From NCBI GenBank assembly GCA_964016885.1, contig OZ024761.1, positions 13,578,001-13,642,000 of the forward strand: 64,000 nucleotides of DNA, given 5' to 3'. The notes below the pieces were generated by a model that was not told the DNA's origin, made no database searches, and saw only the letters and a list, made by a program, of their open reading frames with translations. Made by a program: the position numbers and the translations under genes. Of the stretch, positions 53,754 through 64,000 are shown piece after piece. Within the stretch, counting starts at the first letter, position 1; each line of letters begins with the position of its first letter. Source of the DNA: Eledone cirrhosa (taxonomy: Eukaryota).

Positions 53754-54175
53754 TCAGTTAACTTGTAGTAGTAGTAATTTAGTAACAGCTAGTATAACAA
53801 GACAATCTAGAGATAAATAAGCAAATTATGGAAGGGTGGAGTGGGAGGTGACAACTATCAGTTAGTGGAGGCATAATGCTAAGTCACGCACTTACACACA
53901 CACACACACACACTAATATATGTCCACAGCCAGTTGATTGTAACACGTAAAAGTATATATATCCAGACATATACATATATATCATCATCTTCATCAATAT
54001 TATTATCAGCACCACCACTGTTTACCGTCCATTTTTCCACGCTGGCATGTTGTGGGCAATACTAGGTAAGGGGACCATGTCTTGCACATACAGAACTGAT
54101 TTGGGCTTGGTTTCTACAGCTGGATGCCCTTCCTAAAACCAGCCTCATTTAAAGTGAGTACTGGGTGCTTTTTGT

Positions 54176-54516
54176 CATCATCATCATCATCATTTTACGT
54201 CCGCTTTTCCCTACTTGCAAAAGTGGGACGGGAACTGATTCTGGCTTGGTTTCTACAGCTGGATGCCCTTCCTAACACCAACCTCCTTTACAGTGAGTGC
54301 TGGGTGCTTTTTTGCCGTGGCACCTCCACGACCACTTTGCAGTGGAATGATAGGGACCCCAGTCCTATCATCTCATTTTTACAGCTGAGTAAACTGGAGC
54401 AATGTGAAATAAAGGGTCTTGCTCAAGGAAACAACACATCACCCGGTCTGAGAATTGAACTCATAACCTTTCAATTGCAAGCCCAATGCTCTAACCACTA
54501 ACCCATGTGCCTCCAT
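54176..54516 (-). mobile_element. tRNA-derived SINE with RTE tail (same family as 1484-1828)
   Basis: Near-collinear reverse complement of 1484-1828. A partial third copy lies at about 54995-55150. Confidence 0.88.
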
Positions 54517-55547
54517 TATATATATAGAGAGAAAAGGAGAAGTTGGAAATAGCACAGAAAATATATTTAAGGGTCTGTTTTTCTTTTTTTATCCTTTCTT
54601 TGATTCGTCAAAGTGACATTATTGAAAGATGACATTATTGAAAAAATGAGAGGGACAATTCTTTTAAAAAAAGGTTTTATAATGTATATAAAGTATTACC
54701 GGTTTCAATGTATTATTAAAATTCATCTTATCAACTGTTGTGTATTGAAATAAAAATTTAAAAAGAATTAATAGGAGTTAAAAATTAAAAATTAAAGATT
54801 TAAAATTAAAATCAAATGTTGCGAATAGGAAAACTGATAAAGGTAGATGTGTGTGTGTGTGTGTATGACAGCTCACACCTATGTGTGTGTGTGTGACAGC
54901 TCACACCTATGTGTGTGTGTATGACAGCTCACACCTATGCAGGTTTAGCTGGCCTCCTCCAAGGTATATCTCATTGTAAGTATCTTCGGTGGTTTAATGA
55001 TAGGGACCCCGGTCCTATCATCTCATTTCTACAGCTGAGTAAACTGGAGCAACGTGAAATAAAGTGTTTTGCTCCGAGAATTGAACTCAAAACCTTTCAA
55101 TTGCAAGCCCAATGCTCGAACCATAAACCACTAAGCCATGCACCTCCACAATAGATGTCAAAAGGGTTAAAAAGAGAGGAAAGAGTGTTTGTAGGTTTCT
55201 TAAAAGTAATCACTTAGATAAACAAGTTGTTTTCTACCAGATACACACATACACACATACACACACATACTGACAGACAGGTAACTATCTGTGAGGAGGA
55301 GGAGGAGGAGAGGAGGATTAACAATAAATCAGTACATGCAGCAATCAAAACAATCAGAGAGGCTGTAATTAAGAAACAGTTTGTTAATTAGAAGGCTAGG
55401 AAGGTCTGTGGTGTGGAGGTGGGGGTGTAGAAACAAAGCATTTCTTCACATTGTCCTCCCCCCCCCCACACTTTGGTGTTGACTTCTAAAATGTGACAGA
55501 CACCCCCCTCTCCCACCCTGCCTCTTTCAAGATCAAATAATAATAAT

Positions 55548-55992
55548 AATTGTTTCTACTTTAGGCACAAAGCCAGCAATTTTGGGGGAGGGGAAAGTCG
55601 ATTAAATCGACCCCAGTACATTACTGGTACTTTATTTTATCGACCCCCGTAAGGACGAAAGGCAAAACTAACCATGGCGGGATTTGAACTCAGACCGTAA
55701 AGGGCCGAAACTATTTGCTGCAAAGCATGGTGTCTGACGCTCTACCGATTCTGCTGCCAATACAATAATAATAATAATTTCTACTTTAGGCACAAGGCCA
55801 GAAATTTGGGGAGAGGGGGGAAAGTTGATCAAATCAACCCCCCCAGTGTATTACTGGTACTTTATTTTATCGACCCCCGTAAGGATGAAAGGCAAAGCTA
55901 ACCTCGGCGGGATTTGAACTCAGAACGCAAAGGGCCATAACTCTATACTGCAAAGCATGGCGTCTGACGCTCTACCGATTCTGCTGCCAATA
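55548..55992 (-). mobile_element. Two tandem tRNA-related SINE copies
   Basis: Duplicated ...gatttgaactcag...ctaccgattctgctgccaatacaataata blocks. Confidence 0.85.
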
Positions 55993-56365
55993 CAATAATA
56001 GCAAAAGATTTTCTAAGAAAAATACAAGGCTGCTGCTGCTGCTACAATAAATAACAAAAATGGCAAAAAATAAATGATTTAAAAAAAACAAAAAAAACAA
56101 CAACTTATTTCTAAATTCAGGCAGAAAGCCACAGTAAATAAATAAATAAATAAAATATATAAAATAACAACAACAACAACAATAACAACAACAATAATAA
56201 AACAAGGAGAAAAACTCGAAACAGTTCTGTCAAAAAGCATGCAGTAGTAATGGTTGTAGTAATGGTATTATTAGTAGTAGTAATAGTAGTAGTAGTAGTA
56301 GTAGTAAATATATGAATAAATTAAAGGTGATTGATTGGTGTCAGGCAGATAATGACAAGAGCTAC

Positions 56366-56431
56366 CTGTTCCTCTCCTGTATGTATGTTGGCTACAGACA
56401 TTGCTGTCGGGAGATCGTCTTTACCTTTAGT
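56366..56431 (-). CDS. GIT: Probable GIT ArfGAP internal coding exon (66 bp)
   Basis: ctgttgtag acceptor and GTAGCT donor. Open phase 0-0 reading TKGKDDLPTAMSVANIHTGEEQ, in a unique-sequence island between repeats and in frame with the next exon. No recognisable motif. Confidence 0.65.
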
Positions 56432-56453
56432 CTACAACAGTAAGAAATATTCA

Positions 56454-56514
<61 letters not shown>

Positions 56515-56516
<2 letters not shown>

Positions 56517-58612
56517 TTTACTACAGATGGTATTGGTGGTGATGGTGGTGGTGGTGGTGGCGGCGGTGATGATGGTGGTGGTGGTGGTGGTGATAGTCTC
56601 TGTTTACTACAGATGGTATTGGTGATGGTGGTGGCGGCGGTGGTGGTGATGGTGGTAGTGATGGTGGTGATGATGGTGGCGGCGGTGGTGATGATGGTGG
56701 TGGCGGTGGTGATGATGGTGGTGGCGGTGATAGTCTCTGTTTACTACAGATGGTATTGGTGGTGGTGGCGGCGGTGGTGGTGATGATAGTGGTGGTGATG
56801 GTGGTGGCGGTGGTGATGATGGTGGTGGTGGCGGTGATAGTGGTAGTGATGGTGGTGGCGGTGGTGATGATGGTGGTGGCGGTGGTGATGATGATGGTGG
56901 TGGCGGTGGTGATGATGGTGGTGGTGGTAGTGATGGTGGTGGTGGCGGTGGTGATGATGATGGTGGTGGTGGTGATGATGGTGGTGGTGGCGGTGATAGT
57001 GGTAGTGATGGTGGTGGCGGTGGTGATGATGGTGGTGGCGGTGGTGATGATGATGGTGGCGGTGGTGATGATGGTGGTGGTGGCGGTGATAGTGGTAGTG
57101 ATGGTGGTGGCGGTGGTGATGATGGTGGTGGCGGTGGTGATGATGATGGTGGTGGCGGTGGTGATGATGATGGTGGTGGCGGTGGTGATGATGGTGGTGG
57201 TGGTAGTGATGGTGGTGGTGGCGGTGGTGATGATGATGGTGGCGTTGGCGATGATGATGGTGGTGGCGGTGGTGATGATGGTGGTGGTGGTGGTGGTGGT
57301 GGTGGTAGTGATGGTGGTGGCGGTGGTGGTGGTGATAGTCTCTGTTTACTACAGATGGTATTGGTGATGGTGGTAGTGGTGATAGTGGTGGTGGTGGTGA
57401 TGGTGGTGGCGGTGATGGTGGTAATAGTCTGTTTACTACAGATGGTATTAGTGGTGGTGGTGAAGGTGGTGGTGATGGTGGTGGTGGTAGTGATGATAGC
57501 CTCTGGTTACTACAGATGGTATTGGTGATGGTGGTGATGATAGTGGGGGGGTGATGGTGGTGGTGATTGTTGTGATAGTGGTGGTGGTGGTGGTGATGGT
57601 AGTGGTGGTGGTGATGGTGATGGTGATGGTGGTTGTCATGATAGTGGTGGTGGTGGTGATAGTGACTGTGGTCTCCATTTACTACAGGTGGTGTTGGTGA
57701 TGGTGGTGGTGGTGGTAGTGATGGTGGTGGTGGTGATGATTATGATGGTGGTGATGGCGATGGTGGTGATGATGGTGTTTGTGAAGGAGGCAGAGGTATT
57801 GGGGTGGTGGTGATGATGGTGGGGATGGTGGTGATGATGATGGTGGTGGTGGGGGTGATGGTGGGGATGGTAGTGGAGGTGATGGTGGTGATGATGATGG
57901 TAGTGGAGGTGATGGTGGTGATGGTAATGATGATGATGGTGGTGGAGGTGATGGTGATGGTGGGGATGGTAATGATGATGATGGTGGTGGGGGTGATGGT
58001 GGGGGTGGTGGGGATGGTAATGATGATGATGGTGGTGGGGGTGATGGTGGTGTGGATGGTGGTGGTAGTGATGGTGGTGATGATGATGGTGGTGGTGACA
58101 ATGGTGGTGATGATGGTGGGGATGGTAGTGATGGTGGTGATGATGATGATGGTGGAGATGGTAGTGATGGTGGTGGTAGTGGTGATGATGATGATGGTGG
58201 AGATGGTAGTGATGGTGGTGGTGGTGATGGTGATGACGATGGTGGTGGTGGTGGTGACAATGGTGGCCATGATGTACCGAGTGTGTATATCTATTTAATC
58301 ACATTCTCCTACTACCATATATGGGGATGATAATGATTGTGGTAATGATGGTCATAACTTTGTTGCCATAGTAGCAATAGCAATAGTAGTAGTAATTAAG
58401 GTGATGATGATGATTTGATAGTCACGATGATGGTGGTGGTAATGGTGGTGGTGGTGGTGGTGGTAATGGTTGTGGTGGTGGTGGTGGTAATGGTGGTGGT
58501 GGTGGTAATGGTGGTGGTGGTGGTAATGGTTGTGGTGGTGGTGGTGGTAGTGGTGGTGGTAATGGTGGTGGTGGTGGTGGTGGTAGTGGTGGTGGTAATG
58601 GTGGTGGTGATA
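56515..58612. repeat. (GGT/GAT)n compound repeat with recurring tctgtttactacagatggtatt anchor
   Basis: Direct inspection. Confidence 0.95.
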
Positions 58613-58677
58613 ATGATGCAGACCAGAATTTAATCATATTCCACATTTGTCTGCTTATTATACATGATATACAGGTG

Positions 58678-58751
<74 letters not shown>

Positions 58752-58799
58752 TGTATATATATATACTGTATATATATATATTTATTATACATGATATAC

Positions 58800-58837
<38 letters not shown>

Positions 58838-58866
58838 ATATATATACTGTATATATATATATATAA

Positions 58867-58899
<33 letters not shown>

Positions 58900-59016
58900 C
58901 TGTATATATATATATATATATACTGTATATATATATATTTATTATACATGATATACAGGTGATATATATATATATATATACATGTATATATATATATATA
59001 TACTGTTTATATATAT

Positions 59017-59063
<47 letters not shown>

Positions 59064-59152
59064 TGTATATATATATGTGTATATATACATATATATATAT
59101 ATATATACTGTATATATATATGTGTATATATACATATATATATATATATATA

Positions 59153-59247
<95 letters not shown>

Positions 59248-59259
59248 TGTATATATATA

Positions 59260-59306
<47 letters not shown>

Positions 59307-59376
59307 TTTACCCCAGCAAGCAGGGAAAAAGCGGACGTAAAATGATGATGATATATATGTGTATATATATATGATA

Positions 59377-59410
<34 letters not shown>

Positions 59411-59502
59411 CGTGTGTGTATTTGTCTGTGCGTCTATATATATATATATATATATATCATCATTTAACGTCCACTTTCCATGCTAGCATATATATATATA
59501 TA

Positions 59503-59578
59503 CAAGGTGTCCCCCAAAATGTATACATACTTCAACAGTATTCTAATAAAAGTGTATACATTTTGGAGGCACACCCTA
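59503..59578. mobile_element. Tiny Tc1/mariner-type MITE
   Basis: TA|caaggtgtcccccaaaatgtatacat ... gtgtatacattttggaggcacacccta|TA, with imperfect inverted termini of about 25 bp and TA flanks. Confidence 0.65.
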
Positions 59579-59698
59579 TATATACTAATTTAAGGTATCA
59601 CAACATATATATATTATGTATGATACTTGTGTTTCTTAGTAGAAAAGCTCATTGGAAATTTTTGTCCAGTACATCAATAATTCAAATTTAGAGATATA

Positions 59699-59985
59699 CT
59701 AGCAGATTTACCCGGCGTTGCCCGGGGTTTGAAAAAGTTAAAAGGAGCCTAGTATTTGTACACAGACAGATACACACACAAAATCGATTTTTCGGCCCCA
59801 AAATCGATTTTTTTTTTCAAATTTGTTTGTGTCCAAAACCTGCTCTGGCATATAAGCAACATGTGTGCCAAATTTGGTTGAAATCGGTCTAGCACTTCAA
59901 AAGTTAAAAGGAGCCTAGCATTTGTACACAGACAGACAGACACACACACACACAGACCGACTTGCTTTTATATATTATAAGGAGA
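59699..59985 (-). mobile_element. Complete short non-autonomous Helitron (287 bp)
   Basis: Minus strand A|TC start, subterminal hairpin cccgggcaacgccggg, CTAG|T end, no TSD. Confidence 0.8.
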
Positions 59986-60294
59986 TGTTGATATACATAT
60001 AGACAGAGAGAGAGAGAGCCATATATCTTTTGAGAAACACATAGTATTTACTACACACATAAACCATATGATATTTAGGAAAAATATGTACTTCAAGGTT
60101 TCCATTTTAAAGTACATATTTTTCCTATATATATATATATATTAGAAAGAGGTTTTTTTTTACAAATTGAAAAATAACCGAGCTGTCCTACACGAGTGAA
60201 AGTATAAAGAAAAAGAGATGAAATCGAAAATGCAACTGGAGTCTTATTTTTTAAAAAAATAAGACTCCAGTTGCATTTTCGATTTCATCTCTTT

Positions 60295-60342
<48 letters not shown>

Positions 60343-60343
<1 letters not shown>

Positions 60344-60795
60344 TATTGAAAAAGTGGAGAATAACATGGTCAACAGTACAAAAAAGGGTTTTATTTACAG
60401 TCTGACAATTGTTTCAGTGATTAAGTTGTCTAAAAATTGCTGAACATTTGAAGCTGTGTCACTCAATTTTAATGAGTGGTTAAGCTAACAACGTATTTAA
60501 AATTGAGTGGCACAGCTTCAAGTGTTCAGCAATTTTTAGACAACTTAATCAGTGAAACAATTGTCAGACTGTAAATAAAAACCTTTTTTGTACTGTTGAC
60601 CATGTTATTCTCCACTCTTTCAATATTATTACTCCAAGATAAACTTACATAGCAATGCAAGAGAACTCATAAACTCTCCACTTACGGAAACCCCTTGTTG
60701 AGTCAAACAACGCCGTACGCTAAAACTATCCACAATACGAAGTATTCACAACCTCTAACTGGATTACCTATAACGATATTTTGTTATCCCTTATA
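60343..60795 (+). mobile_element. Penelope-like remnant with fold-back of about 130-bp arms
   Basis: Inverted repeat 60343-60626. The right arm has GAAA-CAATTG-TC-AGACTG followed by AATAAA. Flanked by (AT)/(AC) microsatellites. Confidence 0.55.
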
Positions 60796-60946
60796 CACAC
60801 ACATATATATATATATCATCATCATCATCACCATTTGACGTTAATTTTTCTACGCTTGCATGGGTCAGACGGGTTGTCCACACAAGTGTGGAAAAATTTA
60901 CGTTAAACGCTGGTGATATATATATATATATTAGTATATATGTATA

Positions 60947-61001
<55 letters not shown>

Positions 61002-61014
61002 TTATATATATATA

Positions 61015-61589
61015 TATGACAACTGCCACTTGTTTACAGAAGCAGGCCATCTCTTCAATGTGCGGACAATGAACCTAGAAATGATTCCATAAACATGCCT
61101 CACTCCTGCATACCGTTTTACAGATGTGACACTTCATGAGGCTCTCGGATAGTCCTGAACATAACTTCCTTCATATGCACTCTCATATGTTGCTTGAGTC
61201 CAACAGCAGATGTAGGGTCTTTGTGGCAAAACTAACACAAATACCCAGCAGGTATTTCTGGGAGGACACCAACATAATCGGCCCCAGACTGCTGCTTGTT
61301 ATGAGTTCTTAAATGACTAGTAAGCCCAGCAGGAGAAAGGACAACCTTTCCACAGATGTTACAGACATGCTGCGACTGTGAGCTCTTAAATGACTAGCAA
61401 GCCCAGCAGGAGAAAGGACAACCTTTCCACAGATGTTACAGACATGCTGCGACTGTGAGCTCTTAAATGACTAGTAAGCCCAGCAAGAGAAAGAGCAACC
61501 TTTCCACAGATGTTACAGACATGCTGCGACCATATATCCTCTGTGACTGAATCTACATCACCTTTTCTGAGTCCTCTTTTAACCACCAA
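61015..61589 (-). mobile_element. LINE (RTE/BovB-like) 3' end with multiple decayed C2H2 fingers
   Basis: HVCNICGKVALSLAGLTSHLRAH in three 77-bp tandem copies plus two further degenerate fingers. The 3' end aagtggcagttgtcat resembles that at 3628. Confidence 0.65.
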
Positions 61590-62050
61590 ATGTTCTCCCC
61601 TTTTTACCTCAAAACAATCACAACCGTCATAAACCAGCAGACTTCTCCAGCCAGAGCTACTCTCTGCCTCGTTTTCCCAATCCTATCACCAAAACAGCAA
61701 CAGATGACCCACAAAATCCTCATCAGCCATCTCAGAAGTTTTGTTTGTAGTAAGCCACCAGTCATATTTAAAATAGAAAGTTCAACACATTGAAACTTAA
61801 AGACCAAGCTGAAGGATTCCAAGAATAAACGAAAGACAAGATGGCAAACAAGCCTGCCATTAATACCAAGGACACCAATAAAGAGTAGACAACTATTTGA
61901 AACATCAGCCAAGAAGCAATAGAGAACACTATTGGCTTCACAAAAAGGAGCAATCAGAATTGATTTGATGAAAATAAAGAAATCTAAAAACTGATCAATG
62001 CCATAAGAGACACCTGCCTAATTCTTGAACAAGACCCATTCCTGTTGAGA
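61590..62050 (+). mobile_element. Decayed LINE ORF fragment (endonuclease-RT linker)
   Basis: ...HKILISHLR..KFNTLKLK..IGFTKRSNQN*FDEN resembles the RTE linker (SDH..., W FDEN) with stops and frameshifts. Confidence 0.55.
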
Positions 62051-62074
62051 ATGATGTGACTGATGCTCATGCCT

Positions 62075-62500
62075 GGAATCTGTAGATCAGTCTGGACATC
62101 AGTAGACCACAGCCTGGACATCTGTAGATCTCAGTCACAGTCTGGACATCTGTAGATCTCAGTCTGGACATCTGTAGATCTTGGTCTGGACATCTGTAGA
62201 TCTTGGTCTGGACATCTGTAGATCACAGTCTGGACATCTGTAGATCTCAGCCTGGACATCTGTAGATCTAAGCCTGGACATCTGTAGATCTCGGCCTGGA
62301 CATCTGTAGATCTCAGTCTAGACATCTGTAGATCACAGTCTGGACATCTGTAGATCTCGGCCTGGAAATCTGTAGATCTCAGCCTGGACATCTGTAGATC
62401 TCAGCCTGGACATCTGTAGATCTCAGTCCCAACCTGGACATCTGTAGATCTCAGTCCCAACCTGGACATCTGTAGATCTCAGTCCCAGCCTGGACATATG
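62075..62500. repeat. 21-27-bp minisatellite (agcctggacatctgtagatctc)
   Basis: Direct inspection. Confidence 0.96.
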
Positions 62501-62551
62501 TTGGACAATGCCTCCCAGACTGTTGAAATTAATGTGGCTAATGGCTATTCT

Positions 62552-64000
62552 AGAGGTCAGCATCTCCCAGTGTGAACATCTGGAAGGTCAGCATCTCCCA
62601 GTGTGAACATCTGGGAAGTCAGCATCTCCCAGTGTGAACATCTGGAAGGTCAGCATCTCCCAGTGTGAACATCTGGAAGGTCAGCATCTCCCAGTGTGAA
62701 CATCTGGAAGGTCAGCATCTCCCAGTGTGAACATCTGGAAGGTCAGCATCTCCCAGTGTGAACATCTGGAAGGTCAGTCTCTCCGAGTGTGAACATCTGG
62801 AAGGTCAGCATCTCCCAGTGTGAACATCTGGGAGGTCAGCATCTCCCAGTGTGAACATCTGGAAGGTCAGCATCTCCCAGTGTGAACATCTGGAAGGTCA
62901 GCATCTCCCAGTGTGAACATCTGGAAGGTCAGTCTCTCCCAGTGTGAACATCTGGAAGGTCAGTCTCTCCCAGTGTGAACATCTGGGAGGTCAGCATCTC
63001 TCAGTATGAACATCTGGAAGGTCAGTCTCTCCCAGTGTGAACATCTGGAAGGTAAGCATCTCCCAGTGTGAACATCTGGAAGGTCAGCATCTCCCAGTGT
63101 GAACATCTGGAAGGTCAGTCTCTCCCACTGTGAACATCTGGAAGGTCAGCATCTCCCAGTGTGAACATCTGGAAGGTCAGTCTCTCCCAGTGTGAACATC
63201 TGGAAGGTCAGTCTCTCCCAGTGTGAACATATGGGGAGGTCAGTATCTCCCAGTGTGAACATCTGGGGAGGTCAGCATCTCCCAGTGTGAACATCTGGAA
63301 GGTCAGCATCTCCCAGTGTGAACATCTGGAAGGTCAGTCTCTCCCAGTGTGAACATCTGGAAGGTCAGTCTCTCCCAGTGTGAACATCTGGAAGGTCAGC
63401 ATCGCCCAGTGTGAACATCTGGAAGGTCAGCATCTCCCAGTGTGAACATCTGGAAGGTCAGCATCTCCCAGTGTGAACATCTGGGAGGTCAGCATCTCCC
63501 AGTGTGAACATCTGGAAGGTCAGCATTTCCCAGTGTGAACATCTGGAAGGTCAGCATCTCCCAGTGTGAACATCTGGAAGGTCAGTCTCTCCCAGTGTGA
63601 ACATCTGGGAGGTCAGTCTCTCCCAGTGTGAACATCTGGAAGGTCAGCATCGCCCAGTGTGAACATCTGGAAGGTCAGCATCTCCCAGTGTGAACATCTG
63701 GAAGGTCAGCATCTCCTAGTGTGAACATCTGGGAGGTCAGCATCTCCCAGTGTGAACATCTGGAAGGTCAGTCTCTCCCAGTGTGAACATCTGGAAGGTC
63801 AGCATCTCTCAGTGTGAACATCTGGAAGGTCAGTCTCTCCCAGTGTGAACATCTGGGAGGTCAGCATCTCCCAGTGTGAACATCTGGGAGGTCAGCATCT
63901 CCCAGTGTGAACATCTGGAAGGTCAGCATCTCCCAGTATGAACATCTGGAAGGTCAGCATCTCCCAGTATGAACATCTGGGAGGTCAGCATCTCCCAGTG
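62552..64000. repeat. 31-bp satellite (tggaaggtcagcatctcccagtgtgaacatc), running off the window end
   Basis: Period 31, at least 46 copies. Confidence 0.98.

Noticed and set aside
61386-61589. Host C2H2 zinc-finger gene
   Set aside because: The fingers are frameshifted, lack TGEKP linkers and end in a LINE-type 3' terminus.

Overview
Repeat-dense animal DNA, most likely an octopus or other coleoid cephalopod (inferred from the SINE, RTE and (AT)n landscape), with one 200-N assembly gap at 4535-4734. The only well-supported host gene is the 3' part of a GIT-family ArfGAP gene on the minus strand: five phase-compatible coding exons between 56431 and 42158 that encode the DYDNT motif and the paxillin-binding C-terminal domain. 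The rest is decayed RTE LINEs (carrying a PHD-like finger inside the RT region), tRNA-derived SINEs, piggyBac-type TTAA MITEs, Helitron/hAT/Tc1 remnants, a Gypsy 3' end with PPT and LTR, and many micro- and minisatellites. Two of the satellites visibly arose from local transposons. The most interesting signal is non-coding: a type I hammerhead-ribozyme motif at 25312-25366, preceded by a tandem array of 91-bp antisense hammerhead units (24901-25296). Further degenerate hammerhead cores and fold-back elements, built around hammerhead 3' halves and embedded in (AT)n tracts, are scattered across the window and resemble Penelope-like/retrozyme elements. A strong cryptic acceptor in the GIT gene could also yield a short isoform lacking the paxillin-binding domain. 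Nearly all long ORFs in the supplied track are artefacts of simple repeats.
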